This document shows, in pieces, positions 49,201-60,035 of a stretch of DNA of 64,000 nucleotides. Position 1 is the stretch's first letter; each line of letters starts with the position of its first letter. The position numbers and the translations under genes were made by a program. The stretch spans positions 2,034 through 66,033 of the forward strand of contig PQAE01000005.1 in NCBI GenBank assembly GCA_003104935.1. Reading direction: 5' to 3'. This DNA is from Parcubacteria group bacterium. Its GTDB lineage: Bacteria > Patescibacteriota > Patescibacteriia > UBA1558 > GWA2-36-10. The notes under the pieces were generated by a model that made no database searches, was not told where the DNA came from, and saw nothing but the letters and a program-made list of their open reading frames with translations.

Positions 49201-50100
49201 GGCGGTGTGGCCGAAGGCGACATCACTCAGGGTCTGCCGCGGGTAGAGGAATTATTTGAGTCCCGCGCGCCAAAAATGCAGGCGGTTTTGTCCCCGGTAA
49301 CCGGCATAGTGGAAATCACTGACGATACCCGGCTAGTCAGCAAAAAACAAAGAATTATTAAGATCAAGCCACAGACTACGCGCAAGGAACAATATGATCT
49401 CTATAGCGATACCGTGTTAAAGATCAAAGACGGCCAGGAAGTGGCCAAGGGAGATGCACTCTTTGAAAAAGACGGCGATGTTACTAAGACCAATATAAAC
49501 GGCCTAATCAAATTAACCGATAAACAGCTAATTGTCGTCGGTCATGGTAATGAACCGGAAGAGGTGCTGATTCCGGCCGGCTATATTATTGTGGTGGCGG
49601 ACAATGATCTGGTGATTGAGGGGCAGAGATTGACAGAAGGTAGTATTAATTTGCAGGAGCTCTATGATCTCCAGGGCCAGTTAGCTGTCCAAAAGTATAT
49701 CATCAAAGAAATTAAGCACATCTATTCTTCCCAGGGTCAGAACCTAAATGACAAGCATGTGGAATTGATTGTGCGCCAGATGTTTTCCCGTATATTAATT
49801 AATGAAGTGGGCGACACGGAACTTTTACCTGGTGAAACCGTAACCTTCACCCAATTTAATGAAGCTAATAAAAGAGTTAAAGGCCAAAAAGCAGAGGGCC
49901 AAGTTCTGCTCTCCGGCATCACCAAAGCGGCCTTGACTTCAGACTCCTTCTTGGCCGCCGCTTCTTTCCAGGAAACAGCCCGGGTACTGATCGATGCCGC
50001 TATTACCGGTAAGGTAGACTATCTACGCGGCCTTAAAGAAAACGTTATTATCGGCAAAAAGATACCGGCTGGTACAGGCTTTATAAAAAAACCAGAATAA
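46216..50100 (+). CDS. rpoC: RNA polymerase beta' subunit
   Basis: FNADFDGDQM, Zn-finger CYCGKYK, GEPGTQLTMRTFH. Confidence 0.99.
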   Translation: MPTPSSTKTTFMAADKTTVLEFDAISLKLASPEDIHKWSHGEVLKPETINYRTQKPEKDGLFCEKIFGPTKDWECYCGKYKRIRYKGITCDKCGVEVTRAVVRRERMGHIDLAAPVSHIWFLRGIPSKIGLVLDLSIQSLEKIIYFASFIVTHVDEPARQETMDQIKAELRSKRKQIDNEFNQRSQELNNKKVKMLAEGQPKDKAEKNVEQELINLNVAKVDKIKTLEEAAETAVKELKELKELAIISETKYQELALRYGHVFEANIGAEAIHELLKRINLKQLSDHLDKEILESIPSKKKKLIRRARLVKSLLINKIRPDWMILAAIPVVPPDLRPMVQLDGGRFASSDLNDLYRRVINRNNRLKRLKELNAPEVIQRNEKRMLQEAVDALIDNNARHGKTVTASTGQKRTLKSIADMLKGKQGRFRQNLLGKRVDYSGRSVIVIGPHLKLSQCGLPKIMALELFRPFVISKLIKNELVHNVRSANRYIDAGHPEVWAILEEVTHDTRVLLNRAPTLHRLGIQAFRPILIEGKAIQLHPLVCAAFNADFDGDQMAVHVPLTEEAKNEAENIMAAEKNLLKPATGEPVTIPNQDIVWGSYYMTYLDDSIEAKRYFTDEDEAEKAFAIDLLKLQEPINVRLRKMDNKLTKTTVGRIIFNKILPEEMPFVNHVLDKKGLKNIVAEAFRTFSHTQTIQLLDDLKDLAFKYITTSGMSWGMDDVPKLETKKELIAEGETQVKEIREQFNNGWLTNNERHIKIIEVWNLIKNRIKKQCEAIFNPNNSVASIINSGARGSWDQLIQIMGIKGLVINPAGDIMELPVKANFQEGLDVLEYFISTHGTRKGLSDTALRTANAGYLTRRLVDVSQDAVVLEDDCGTKDSLIITKSDSKDAHETLADRAVGRVIAEDIKDGKKAVIKKGTLVTKELSQHIAHLDPEQIRVRSLLTCQANRGVCQKCYGFDLGYNKLVAIGTAVGVVAAQSIGEPGTQLTMRTFHTGGVAEGDITQGLPRVEELFESRAPKMQAVLSPVTGIVEITDDTRLVSKKQRIIKIKPQTTRKEQYDLYSDTVLKIKDGQEVAKGDALFEKDGDVTKTNINGLIKLTDKQLIVVGHGNEPEEVLIPAGYIIVVADNDLVIEGQRLTEGSINLQELYDLQGQLAVQKYIIKEIKHIYSSQGQNLNDKHVELIVRQMFSRILINEVGDTELLPGETVTFTQFNEANKRVKGQKAEGQVLLSGITKAALTSDSFLAAASFQETARVLIDAAITGKVDYLRGLKENVIIGKKIPAGTGFIKKPE

Positions 50101-50213
50101 CAAGCGAGAAAAACTCCTGAAATACGGGAGTTTTTCTTTGTTTTCCGCCATTTATTTTTGTCAGATAATATGATAAAATGTATAATATTCATAGCTTATT
50201 TTTAGCAAAAAAT

Positions 50214-52433
50214 ATGGCCAAACGAGCAAAAAATAATAATCGGCGAAATTCAGAGGACAAGGACTTGGTCTTAGAAACCGGACTCAGCCCCGACACTAAA
50301 CGGGGTATTTTAACCGTCTTAGTTTTCTTGTTGGCCATGTTGGGGATTATGTCTGTTTTTGGTCTTGCCGGAAATTTTGGTCGCTCTCTTAATTATGGGT
50401 TGTCATATCTTTTTGGCTGGAGCGACTGGTTATTTTTAATAATCCTTTTGTATATCAGTTTTCTTATTTTACGCAGTAATTTTTATAAGATCCGCTGGGT
50501 AGTTTATCTGGGAATATTTTTAATTGTTTTGTCCAGCGCCGGCCTGCTGAATTTTTTTGTTAGTGATTATACCTGGGCGGAAATCGGTAGCTTAGGAAAA
50601 GGTGGGGGCGTCCTAGGGTATGCCATTGGCCACCCGCTGGCCAGTTATCTGGGGGCTTGGGGTAGTTTAGTTGTTTTTATCAGTTTATTGCTCATTGGTA
50701 TATTTCTGGCCTTCAATACTTCCTTTAAAGATATGACCGAACGTGCCAAATCTTTGGGCATATTGCGGGAGAAATTATTACCCAGCGACGATGACGACGT
50801 AGAAGATGAAGAAGAAGGAAACTTTGAATCAGACACGGTTTTAGAAAAGACAGAACTTTTAGCGGAGGACGCTGATCCTCGGGTAGAGCCCGGCGGCGAG
50901 GCCGCAGTCGAGGGCAAAGAAAACATCGCTTTTAAAAAAATCGGCAAGAAAATTGTAGTGCCTTTAGATCTGCTTAGTAAATCAAGTTCCAAACCGGACT
51001 CGGGAGATGTTTCAGCCAACATGAATAAGATAGAAAAAACCTTAAAGAACTTCGGCATTGAGGTAACTATGGAGGATGTTAATGTCGGACCGACAGTGAC
51101 TCAATACACGTTGCGTCCGGCCGAGGGCGTCAGGTTGTCACAGATGTTAACCCTGCAAAATGATTTAGCCCTTGCTTTGGCCGCTCACCCTTTGCGTATG
51201 GAAGCGCCGATACCGGGCAAGTCTTTAGTGGGTATTGAGGTGCCGAATAAAAGTATTTCCGTCGTTAAATTAAGGGAAGTTTTGGAGAGTGATATTTATA
51301 AAAAAAGAAACAGCAATCTTTATATTGCTTTAGGCAAGGATGTGGCCGGGGAAGTAGTTATGTATGATTTAGCCAATATGCCGCACCTGCTTATCGCCGG
51401 ATCGACCGGCTCTGGAAAATCGGTGGCAATCAACAATGTTATCTTGAGCTTGATTTATCAAAACTCTCCCGATGATCTAAAACTTATCCTAATAGACCCC
51501 AAGCGGGTGGAGCTAGCCATTTTTAACGACATTCCTTATCTACTTACTCCGGTGATTAATGATACCGACAAGACTATTAACGCCCTGCGTTACGTAGTAA
51601 AGGAAATGCAGGAAAGGTATAAATTATTACAAGCGGCTAATAAGAAAAATATTGAAAGTTATAATAAGTCCGTAATTGTTAATCGTCTGCCATATATAGT
51701 GGTAATTATTGACGAATTTGCGGCTTTGATGTCCTCGGCCGCCAAGGAAATAGAAGGTACCGTAGTTAGTTTGGCCCAGATGGCGCGGGCTGTTGGCATC
51801 CACCTTATCCTGGCCACACAGCGGCCCTCGGTGGACGTTATTACCGGGCTGATTAAAGCCAATATTACCTGTCGTATTGCTTTTGCGGTGGCGTCAGCGA
51901 CAGATTCCCGCACCATTATTGATACTAGCGGAGCGGATAAGTTACTCGGCAAAGGCGACATGCTTTTTATTAGTTCCGATTCATCTAAACCGCGCCGTAT
52001 TCAGGGTGTCTTTACTCGGGAAGAGGAGATTAAAGCGGTGGTTGATTATATCCGCGGCCAAGCTGAACCGGAATATAATGATAAGGTTACCGAAAGAGCC
52101 AGTGGTGTTGTGCCGGGATTTGGCGGAGGCGATGGTGACTACAATGATGATCTCACCGAAGAGGCTAAGGAAGTAATTCTCAAGACCGGCCGGGCGTCGG
52201 CTACTCTTTTACAAAGAAGGTTACGTGTCGGTTATGCCCGGGCCGCGCGGCTTCTGGATATTTTAGAAGAAATGGGTGTGGTTGGACCGGCCGATGGCTC
52301 TAAGGCACGTGAAGTTTTGGTAGCCCAGGAAGATTTGGAGGAAAATTTTAGTTCAGCTTTAGACGAGGAAGACTTGGCTGACGCGTCTGAACCAGAGGAA
52401 GATTCATCCGCAGAGGAAGAAGGTAAATACTAA
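50214..52433 (+). CDS. ftsK: DNA translocase FtsK/SpoIIIE
   Basis: N-terminal TMs, GSTGSGKS, LATQRPS, gamma domain LQRRLRVGYARAAR. Confidence 0.96.
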   Translation: MAKRAKNNNRRNSEDKDLVLETGLSPDTKRGILTVLVFLLAMLGIMSVFGLAGNFGRSLNYGLSYLFGWSDWLFLIILLYISFLILRSNFYKIRWVVYLGIFLIVLSSAGLLNFFVSDYTWAEIGSLGKGGGVLGYAIGHPLASYLGAWGSLVVFISLLLIGIFLAFNTSFKDMTERAKSLGILREKLLPSDDDDVEDEEEGNFESDTVLEKTELLAEDADPRVEPGGEAAVEGKENIAFKKIGKKIVVPLDLLSKSSSKPDSGDVSANMNKIEKTLKNFGIEVTMEDVNVGPTVTQYTLRPAEGVRLSQMLTLQNDLALALAAHPLRMEAPIPGKSLVGIEVPNKSISVVKLREVLESDIYKKRNSNLYIALGKDVAGEVVMYDLANMPHLLIAGSTGSGKSVAINNVILSLIYQNSPDDLKLILIDPKRVELAIFNDIPYLLTPVINDTDKTINALRYVVKEMQERYKLLQAANKKNIESYNKSVIVNRLPYIVVIIDEFAALMSSAAKEIEGTVVSLAQMARAVGIHLILATQRPSVDVITGLIKANITCRIAFAVASATDSRTIIDTSGADKLLGKGDMLFISSDSSKPRRIQGVFTREEEIKAVVDYIRGQAEPEYNDKVTERASGVVPGFGGGDGDYNDDLTEEAKEVILKTGRASATLLQRRLRVGYARAARLLDILEEMGVVGPADGSKAREVLVAQEDLEENFSSALDEEDLADASEPEEDSSAEEEGKY

Positions 52434-52438
52434 TTATT

Positions 52439-53110
52439 ATGCCCGGTTTTAAGCAAAAGAGAGCTGTCAGCGGACAGAGTCTGGGCGAACGGCTAAAAAA
52501 AATCCGTCTGGATCAAGGCCATACTTTAGAGGAAGCCGAGGTTAAAACTAAAATACAATTAAAATATTTAGAAATTCTAGAAAACGGCGAATATGATCTT
52601 TTGCCTGGCGATATTTATGCTCGCGTCTGGATCAAGGCCTACACTAATTTTCTGGGAGTGCCCCCGGAAGATTTTTTGGCGGATTATAAAATAGAAAAAC
52701 AGGTAAGTGAAAACATAAATAAATACGATCGCTTGAATCAACAGCGGCGTCAACCAAAAGATAGTGTGGTGCTGAGGCCACGTAATGTGAAATTAGCTTT
52801 GATCACCCTGATAATTTTGGCGGTGGTCGGTTATCTTATTTGGCAGGTAAACAATATTATTGCCCCGCCGAATATAAATATCAGGGAGCCAAAAAATAAT
52901 TTTATTACCACCGAAAGCCAGTTAATGATCTCCGGTCAGACTGTGGCCGAAGCCGAGCTGGTGATAAACGGGGAGAGGGTTTTAACTGACAATAGCGGAT
53001 TATTTAGCCAGCCCGTAAATTTGGTTCCCGGCTTGAATAAATTTAAGATAAGTGCTAAAAAGAAGCATAGCCGCACCAACTATATAGATTGGAATATATT
53101 GCGGCAATAA
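52439..53110 (+). CDS. RodZ-like HTH-TM protein with Ig-like C-terminus
   Basis: LGERLKKIR..TKIQLKYLEILENG.YDLLPG; follows ftsK. Confidence 0.8.
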   Translation: MPGFKQKRAVSGQSLGERLKKIRLDQGHTLEEAEVKTKIQLKYLEILENGEYDLLPGDIYARVWIKAYTNFLGVPPEDFLADYKIEKQVSENINKYDRLNQQRRQPKDSVVLRPRNVKLALITLIILAVVGYLIWQVNNIIAPPNINIREPKNNFITTESQLMISGQTVAEAELVINGERVLTDNSGLFSQPVNLVPGLNKFKISAKKKHSRTNYIDWNILRQ

Positions 53111-53154
53111 TACTTTAATTAATTAGGGCAGGCAGAATATAAAGACATAAGACT

Positions 53155-54168
53155 ATGGCACACAAAACAGTTAGGGATAATAATTTTAATCAATCGGCCA
53201 AGCAGGCCATCGAAGAGATCCGTTCCAGATTTGGTGAAGGGTCAATTATGCGGCTGGGTGAGGCTAAAACCATGAATGTGGACGCGGTAAGTACCGGCTG
53301 TCTATCTTTAGACCTTGCCCTGGGAGTGGGCGGAGTACCCCGGGGACGGATTGTAGAGATCTACGGACCAGAGGCCTCTGGTAAGACTACTTTGGCCCAG
53401 CATATCGTAGCTGAGGTTCAGAAAAAGGGCGAAGTGGCCGCTTTTGTCGATGCCGAGCACGCCCTGGATCCGGATTATGCCCGCAAAATAGGGGTTAATA
53501 TTGATGAACTACTTATTTCTCAACCTGATACCGGCGAGCAAGCTTTAGATATTGTGGAAACCCTGGTGCGCTCCGGGAGTATTGGCGTAGTCGTGGTCGA
53601 TTCCGTGGCGGCACTAGTGCCCAAGGCCGAGATTGAAGGAGATATGGGCGATCACCACGTCGGTCTGCAAGCCCGATTGATGAGCCAGGCATTACGTAAA
53701 CTGGCTGGCATAGTCCATAAGAGTAACACTATCGTGGTTTTTATCAATCAAATTAGAATGAAAATAGGGGTATTTTTTGGCAATCCTGAAACCACGACCG
53801 GTGGTAATGCTCTTAAATTTTATTCTTCCGTGCGCATCGAGGTGCGCCGTAGCGCTCAGATTAAGCAAGGAGAGAGAATTATTGGTAACCAGGTCAAAGC
53901 CAAAATAGTAAAAAATAAAGTAGCCGCTCCTTTTAAAACTACAGTTTTTGACATTATGTATAATGAGGGCATCTCCGTAACCGGCGACATCCTCGATACC
54001 GGACTGGCCTACAACGTAATTAATAAGTCAGGTAATTCTTATGCCTACGGCGAAATTAAGTTAGGCGTCGGCCGGGAAAACGCAAAAAACTATTTGCGCG
54101 AGCAACCGGAAATGATCAAGGAAATAAGGGAAAAGATTTTTGCCGCCCATAAAATCGCCGAAGCTTAA
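53155..54168 (+). CDS. recA: Recombinase A
   Basis: [24 protein letters not shown]. Confidence 0.99.
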   Translation: MAHKTVRDNNFNQSAKQAIEEIRSRFGEGSIMRLGEAKTMNVDAVSTGCLSLDLALGVGGVPRGRIVEIYGPEASGKTTLAQHIVAEVQKKGEVAAFVDAEHALDPDYARKIGVNIDELLISQPDTGEQALDIVETLVRSGSIGVVVVDSVAALVPKAEIEGDMGDHHVGLQARLMSQALRKLAGIVHKSNTIVVFINQIRMKIGVFFGNPETTTGGNALKFYSSVRIEVRRSAQIKQGERIIGNQVKAKIVKNKVAAPFKTTVFDIMYNEGISVTGDILDTGLAYNVINKSGNSYAYGEIKLGVGRENAKNYLREQPEMIKEIREKIFAAHKIAEA

Positions 54169-54255
54169 ATATTTTTTCAAAAAACAGTCCGGCCAGACGG
54201 CAAAAAAAGCCAGCACCGGGTTGTTTTTTTATACCCTGCTTAGTATAATAGCCAT

Positions 54256-55686
54256 ATGTCCTTAGCCCACAAAATATTTACCAACACGCTCTGGCAGGTG
54301 ATTATTCGCGCCCTAAATATTTTAATTGGAGTTTTTAATTTGGCGTTAATAACGCGGATTTTGGGCCAGACCGGTTTTGGCTACTACACTACTATTTTTG
54401 CTTTTTTGCAGATGTTGATGGTAGTGGCTGATCTAGGACTGTATTTGGCTCTGTTGCGCGAAGTGTCTCTGGCCGGCGACCGAGCCGGAGAGACCAAGGC
54501 CACCAACAATATTTTTACTATCCGGTTGCTGGCTTCACTGGTCATTTTATTTTTATCACCGCTACTGATTAATTTATTCCCCTACGATAACGCTGTAAAA
54601 ACAGGCGTAATATTTTTTTCCTTAGCCTTCTTTTTTCAAAGTCTAATGGCCACACTCACGGCAGTTTTCTCCAAAAAATTGGCTATGCCCCGGGCAGTGC
54701 TGGTGGATTTATTTACCAAGGTTTTATTTTTTATTTCCCTGGCCTATCTATTTAGTCGCGGTAGTTCGCTAAACTTCATTTTAGCCATACATTCCATTAT
54801 CTATGCCGTCAGTTTTATGCTTTTTTATATTATACTTCGTAAATATATATATTTGTCATTGGCCTGGGATTTTAATTATTGGCGAGAGATTATCCGGCAA
54901 AGCTGGCCCCTGGCCGTGACCGTTGTTTTAAATTTGGTTTACTTTAAGGCCGACACCCTGATCTTGTCGGCTTTTAGGGACCCAAACGAGGTTGCTTTGT
55001 ATGGTGCACCTTATCGGGTTTTGGAGGTGTTGGTAAGCTTCCCTCATATGTTCATGAGTTTATTATTGCCCCTTTTGACAGCGGCCTGGGTAGCCAAAAA
55101 TATAGTCCATTTTCGGCAAATTTTTCAAAAAGGTTTTGATTTTTTCTGCGTTCTGGCAGTGCCGATGGTAGTCGGCCTCTGGCTGACCGGCGAGCGGGTG
55201 ATGATACTTTTAGCCGGGCCGAGCTTTGCCGCTTCAGGGCCGATATTAAATATTTTGATTTTGGCCACGGCGGCCATATTTTTCGGCACCCTCTTCACTT
55301 ATCTGGTAGTGGCTCTGGGAGAGCAAAAACAGATGATCAAATATTTTCTAACCGTGGCCCTGGTTGGGCTAATCGGCTATTTTATCTTAATTCCCCGCTA
55401 TTCATATTGGGGGGCCGCTTATGTGACCTTACTAGTTGAAGTGATGATGTGTTATTTTGCCTACATACTGGTCAACCAGAAAGTGCGATTAAATATTAAC
55501 TTTGCTATTTTAAAAAAAAGTTTATTAGCTGGATTCATCATGGCCTTAATCGGTTGGTTCTGTCGCGGTCTGAACATGGCCTTATTAATTTTGGTCAGCG
55601 GCGCCGTTTATTTGCTGATGCTCTATACCAGCAGAGCTATCGACCGTTCAATATTAAACAATATTTTTAATAAAACCAAAGTATGA
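54256..55686 (+). CDS. Wzx-type polysaccharide flippase
   Basis: Many TMs, ADLGL, typical Wzx layout. Confidence 0.85.
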   Translation: MSLAHKIFTNTLWQVIIRALNILIGVFNLALITRILGQTGFGYYTTIFAFLQMLMVVADLGLYLALLREVSLAGDRAGETKATNNIFTIRLLASLVILFLSPLLINLFPYDNAVKTGVIFFSLAFFFQSLMATLTAVFSKKLAMPRAVLVDLFTKVLFFISLAYLFSRGSSLNFILAIHSIIYAVSFMLFYIILRKYIYLSLAWDFNYWREIIRQSWPLAVTVVLNLVYFKADTLILSAFRDPNEVALYGAPYRVLEVLVSFPHMFMSLLLPLLTAAWVAKNIVHFRQIFQKGFDFFCVLAVPMVVGLWLTGERVMILLAGPSFAASGPILNILILATAAIFFGTLFTYLVVALGEQKQMIKYFLTVALVGLIGYFILIPRYSYWGAAYVTLLVEVMMCYFAYILVNQKVRLNINFAILKKSLLAGFIMALIGWFCRGLNMALLILVSGAVYLLMLYTSRAIDRSILNNIFNKTKV

Positions 55687-56987
55687 TTTGGGTGGTGGTT
55701 TTATTGTTATTATTTATCTTTGCCTACATTACTTGGCGCCGGCCGCTGATTGGCACGGCGATTATAATCGCTGTTTTGCCAGTTTACCAATGGCGCTTAT
55801 CCTTATGGTTGTGGCCAACAACTTTCTTAGAACTACTGATCGTAGTTTTGTTTTTAGTGTGGTTGGCCAAGGATAATAAATTCAAAGTCATAAATTTTTC
55901 TTTTCAAAAAAAATTTTTCAATCCCCTGCCGACAATCTGGCGCTGGCTGATGCTATTTTGGTTGTTGGCGAGCATCAGTGCCGTTTTGGTTAATCCGACA
56001 CTGGCCGCCCTAGGTTTGTGGCGGGCATATTTTTTGGAACCACTGATGTTTTTTTTGGTTCTTATTTATGAACTAAAAAATAAAAAAGATTATAATTTAA
56101 TATTAATTGCGCTAGCCGCTTTATTGTCGTGGTTATTTTTTTTGACGGGCTGGCAATTTTTTAGCAGTTGGAATTTACCGGCCGCCTATGATTGGCCGCA
56201 GGCCCGCCGGCTGACCGCTATTTTTTCTTATCCCAATGCCTTATCTTTACTGACGGCGGGACCGGCGGTTTTTTTTCTGGGCCTGTGGTTGGAAAGCAAG
56301 CGAAAAGTCAGACAATATTATTGGTTGATTTTATTTTTAGCTGGCGTTATCATGGCTTATCTGGCCCACAGCGAGGGAGCGCTTCTAGGTATGGGGGTAG
56401 CTATTATTTTTTGGCTAATATTAGAAAAAAAAATAAGAAAATTTGGTATTCCATTAGTAACTTTATTTTTTTTAACATTTATTCTTTTCGGCCACACTCA
56501 GTCTATTTGGCAAAGCGTCAGCCAGCAGGTTTTTTCCCCACAACTGGATCTGTCCGCCACATCTTTAGAAATCAGAAGCAGTCAGTGGCAGGAAGATTGG
56601 CGGTTTTTGCAGAATAATTTTTTTTGGGGAGCTGGCCTCAACGGCTATCAACGGGCAGTTCGCCCTTATCACCAGGCTGAGTGGCTGGAAATTTATCTTT
56701 ACCCTCACGATATCTGGCTAAATTTTTGGACGGAACTGGGCTTATTAGGATTGTTGGCATTTTTAGCGATTACCGGGAAAATAATTTTCTCTTTGCGTGG
56801 TTTGCATAGGGCCAAAATTGATCTGGCTTGGCCGTTGAGCTTGTTTTGGCTGACCTGGTTTGTCCACGGACTAGTCGACGTGCCGTATTTTAAAAATGAC
56901 CTGAGTATTTTATTTTTTGTCTTTTTAGCTTTGACGATATTTAGTCAGAAAACTACCCAAGAGAAAACTCCACAATTTACTTTGTAG
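55683..56987 (+). CDS. O-antigen ligase/Wzy_C family protein
   Basis: FSYPNAL, GAGL, YPHD...WTELGLLG, HGLVD. Confidence 0.85.
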   Translation: MIWVVVLLLLFIFAYITWRRPLIGTAIIIAVLPVYQWRLSLWLWPTTFLELLIVVLFLVWLAKDNKFKVINFSFQKKFFNPLPTIWRWLMLFWLLASISAVLVNPTLAALGLWRAYFLEPLMFFLVLIYELKNKKDYNLILIALAALLSWLFFLTGWQFFSSWNLPAAYDWPQARRLTAIFSYPNALSLLTAGPAVFFLGLWLESKRKVRQYYWLILFLAGVIMAYLAHSEGALLGMGVAIIFWLILEKKIRKFGIPLVTLFFLTFILFGHTQSIWQSVSQQVFSPQLDLSATSLEIRSSQWQEDWRFLQNNFFWGAGLNGYQRAVRPYHQAEWLEIYLYPHDIWLNFWTELGLLGLLAFLAITGKIIFSLRGLHRAKIDLAWPLSLFWLTWFVHGLVDVPYFKNDLSILFFVFLALTIFSQKTTQEKTPQFTL

Positions 56988-57010
56988 GCTATTTTTAGTA
57001 TAATATAGCC

Positions 57011-57871
57011 ATGAAAAGGATTCGCAAAGCAGTTATTCCGGTGGCCGGTTTGGGCACACGTTTTTTACCGGCGACAAAAGCGCAACCTAAGGAAATGTTG
57101 CCTTTAGTGGATAAACCACTAATCCAATATATTGTAGAGGAAGCAGTGGCCTCTGGTATTGAAGAAATTATTTTTGTAACTTCTTCTACCAAAAGGGCTA
57201 TTGAGGATCATTTTGACCGGGCCTTTGAACTGGAATATCGCTTGCGTCAAAAAGGAAAAAAATCAGAGCTAGACCAACTACAACAGATTTCCAACATGGC
57301 CAAATTTTGCTATGTACGTCAAAAATCCCCCAAGGGACTGGGTCACGCCATTTATACAGCTCAACCCTTAGTGGGCGACGAACCTTTTGCTGTTTTGCTC
57401 GGTGACGACATTATCGACGCTAAAATTCCGGCTTTGAAACAGATGATCGCTGTTTATCAAAAATATGGCCAAGTTGTCCTGGGCTGTACCAAAGTGGCTA
57501 AATCCGAGACGCATAAGTATGGCATCATTGATCCCTTGCCCGTTTCCGATCGGCTGGTCAAAGTCAAGAGAATTGTGGAAAAACCCAGGGCGGCCCAAGC
57601 GCCGTCGCAACTGGCGGTCACCGGCCGCTATGTTCTCACCCCGGAAATTTTTAAAATTTTAGCCAAAGGAAGGAAGGGCGCCGGCGGGGAAATACAATTA
57701 ACCGATGCCTTAGCGGTATATTTTAAAAATCATCCGGGTTATGCCTGTGTTTATCAAGGAGATTATTATGATTGCGGTAGCAAATTGGAGTTCATCAAAG
57801 CCATAGTCAGATTTAGTCTAAAGCGCCCGGAGTTTAAAAAGGAATTAAAAAAATATTTAAAAAATATTTAA
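57011..57871 (+). CDS. galU: UTP-glucose-1-phosphate uridylyltransferase
   Basis: PVAGLGTRFLPATKAQPKEML, VEKP, GEIQLTDA. Confidence 0.96.
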   Translation: MKRIRKAVIPVAGLGTRFLPATKAQPKEMLPLVDKPLIQYIVEEAVASGIEEIIFVTSSTKRAIEDHFDRAFELEYRLRQKGKKSELDQLQQISNMAKFCYVRQKSPKGLGHAIYTAQPLVGDEPFAVLLGDDIIDAKIPALKQMIAVYQKYGQVVLGCTKVAKSETHKYGIIDPLPVSDRLVKVKRIVEKPRAAQAPSQLAVTGRYVLTPEIFKILAKGRKGAGGEIQLTDALAVYFKNHPGYACVYQGDYYDCGSKLEFIKAIVRFSLKRPEFKKELKKYLKNI

Positions 57872-57876
57872 ACAGT

Positions 57877-59250
57877 ATGAGCAAATATAAGTGGCTGACT
57901 TTATTTATCCTGCTGGCATTTATCACCACCTCCGGTTTTGGCTGTAAGTGGAATCCATTTTCTAACAATGACCCGGCGCTCAAACCGGTCACTATTGAAT
58001 ATTGGGGTGTGTGGGACAAACCAAACGAGCTAGCCTCACTGATAAATTCCTACCAGACCCAACATCCGACCATCAAGGTAAATTATAGAAATTTCCGCTA
58101 CGAGGAATATGAGGACAAACTATTACAGGCCTGGGCGGACGACCGCGGTCCGGACCTTTTTTCCATACCGGTAACCTGGTTAAAAAAATATCAACCGCGC
58201 CTGGAATCTATGCCCGCCACGATTAAAATACCGGTTTTAGAATCGGTAGGTAGTATTCGGCCGGAACTGGTGACGGTGCTCAAGGATTTTCAGGGATTAT
58301 CCCCTCGTGACCTTAAATTAAAATTTGTACCTATAGTTTATGATAATGTGGTTTTGGATAATAAAGTTTATGGCCTTCCTTACTCAGTAGATACTCTGGT
58401 TACTTTTTATAACAGTGACATCTTGAGCAAGGAAGGCATCGCCGAGCCGATCAAAGATTTTAATGATCTGGTAGAGCAGACGCCCAAGATCAGCAAGGCC
58501 ACCGAGGCCAATAATATTATTCAATCAGCGGTAGATCTGGGAGGCGTAGATAATATCAATAATTTTTTTGATGTTTTCTCCAGTATCATGCTACAAAATG
58601 GCGTGGAGGCCAAAGGAGCAAGCTTTAATCCTGATAAGAATGAGGGGGCCGGACAAAAACTGGCCGACGTTTTTGGTTTTTATGCTGATTTTGCCCGTCC
58701 GGGCCGGGCTACATATAGTTGGAATGAGAAATTAGACAATGCTCTGGAGATGTTTGCCAGCGGTAAACTGGCCTATTATTTTGGATATAGTTATGATGCT
58801 CAGGAATTCAGAAACCGCGGGTTGCAATTTAACTGGGAGATCACTAACTTTCCCCAAACCAGGGGGGCTCAAGGTACAAAGTATTATGGTGATTACTGGA
58901 TAAATGTGGTTCCTAAAAAGGCGGACAATAAAGACGCGGCCTGGGATTTTATCCAACGCACCGCTGAGGCCGATCTGGTAGCCGGTTATCTTAAGGAAAA
59001 TAAAAGACCCACGGCCCTACGTTCCTTAATAAACGAACAGCTAAAAAATGATGATTTGCGTATCTTTGCTTCTCAGGTGCTGACGGCCGATAATTGGTAT
59101 AGCGGCTATGACATTAATGCCGCCAAGAAATATTTAGGCGATACTATCAAAGCTCTGCTGGTCGGTGACATCAGTCTGGATACCGGACCGGAGGCGCTGA
59201 AGATTTTTATCCAACGGATTAATCAAACCTATGCTAAGCCGGAAAACTAA
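57877..59250 (+). CDS. Extracellular solute-binding lipoprotein
   Basis: Lipobox GFGC, GPDLF, YGLPYSVDTLVTFYN. Confidence 0.85.
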   Translation: MSKYKWLTLFILLAFITTSGFGCKWNPFSNNDPALKPVTIEYWGVWDKPNELASLINSYQTQHPTIKVNYRNFRYEEYEDKLLQAWADDRGPDLFSIPVTWLKKYQPRLESMPATIKIPVLESVGSIRPELVTVLKDFQGLSPRDLKLKFVPIVYDNVVLDNKVYGLPYSVDTLVTFYNSDILSKEGIAEPIKDFNDLVEQTPKISKATEANNIIQSAVDLGGVDNINNFFDVFSSIMLQNGVEAKGASFNPDKNEGAGQKLADVFGFYADFARPGRATYSWNEKLDNALEMFASGKLAYYFGYSYDAQEFRNRGLQFNWEITNFPQTRGAQGTKYYGDYWINVVPKKADNKDAAWDFIQRTAEADLVAGYLKENKRPTALRSLINEQLKNDDLRIFASQVLTADNWYSGYDINAAKKYLGDTIKALLVGDISLDTGPEALKIFIQRINQTYAKPEN

Positions 59251-59959
59251 ATTATTTATTGTTTTACTAGTCGCCATTTTGCCGCTCCTGGCTGGAGCGG
59301 CTGACCCCACGCCGCCGCGCGGCTTTTTGGACAATATATCATGTATCCGCAGCGGACTTTGCGGATTGGATGATATAGCCAACGGCTTTGTTGAGCTCAT
59401 AAAAATGCTCTTGGGCCTGATGGGATCAGTTGCTCTGGTTTATTTTGTTTGGGGCGGTATCGTCTGGATTACAGCCGGAGGCAATATGGAAAAAATCGGA
59501 CGCGGCCGTAGCATTATGGTCAATACCATTTTGGCTATCGTAGTTTCCTTTAGCAGTTACATTATATTAAATACTTTTGTCAATAACCTATTGGGAGCCA
59601 ACACCAACTTTCAGGTTTCGGATGTTTGCCCGGTTACAGAAGGCGACAACACGCCCTGCAAAAATAATTCACCCAGCTATATATGTTATCAAGGCGCCTG
59701 CAGGACAAAGTGTGATATCCTTAATGCCAAAATTCAGGCAGAGGCAACTAGCGATACTAAGGTAAATATTGACCCTACACCGGTAGTGGTAGAACGTCAC
59801 GGCTATGTCAGGGGGGATTCGCTGGCCTGTGAGAGGGTAGAGACTATTGAACTGAGAAATACGGCACATTTTACAGAACTTTGTCCAGGCGACAACAACT
59901 TTGTCTGTGTTTTTAGACAAGCTGGCCGTAAAGTATTGCCGCCAATACCGGCGCCGTAA
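59231..59959 (+). CDS. TrbC/VirB2-like pilin with Cys-rich extension
   Basis: Signal peptide, two TMs around WGGIVWITAGGN. Confidence 0.75.
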   Translation: MLSRKTKLFIVLLVAILPLLAGAADPTPPRGFLDNISCIRSGLCGLDDIANGFVELIKMLLGLMGSVALVYFVWGGIVWITAGGNMEKIGRGRSIMVNTILAIVVSFSSYIILNTFVNNLLGANTNFQVSDVCPVTEGDNTPCKNNSPSYICYQGACRTKCDILNAKIQAEATSDTKVNIDPTPVVVERHGYVRGDSLACERVETIELRNTAHFTELCPGDNNFVCVFRQAGRKVLPPIPAP

Positions 59960-60035
59960 ATTAACAATGTTTATATCTTAAAATAAAATATTCACCCCGT
60001 TAGAAATTAATATTAGCGGGCGAGTGAAGAGTAAG

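Noticed and set aside
43742-52176. Many short ORFs within rpoB, rpoC and ftsK
   Set aside because: Shadow frames of long conserved genes.
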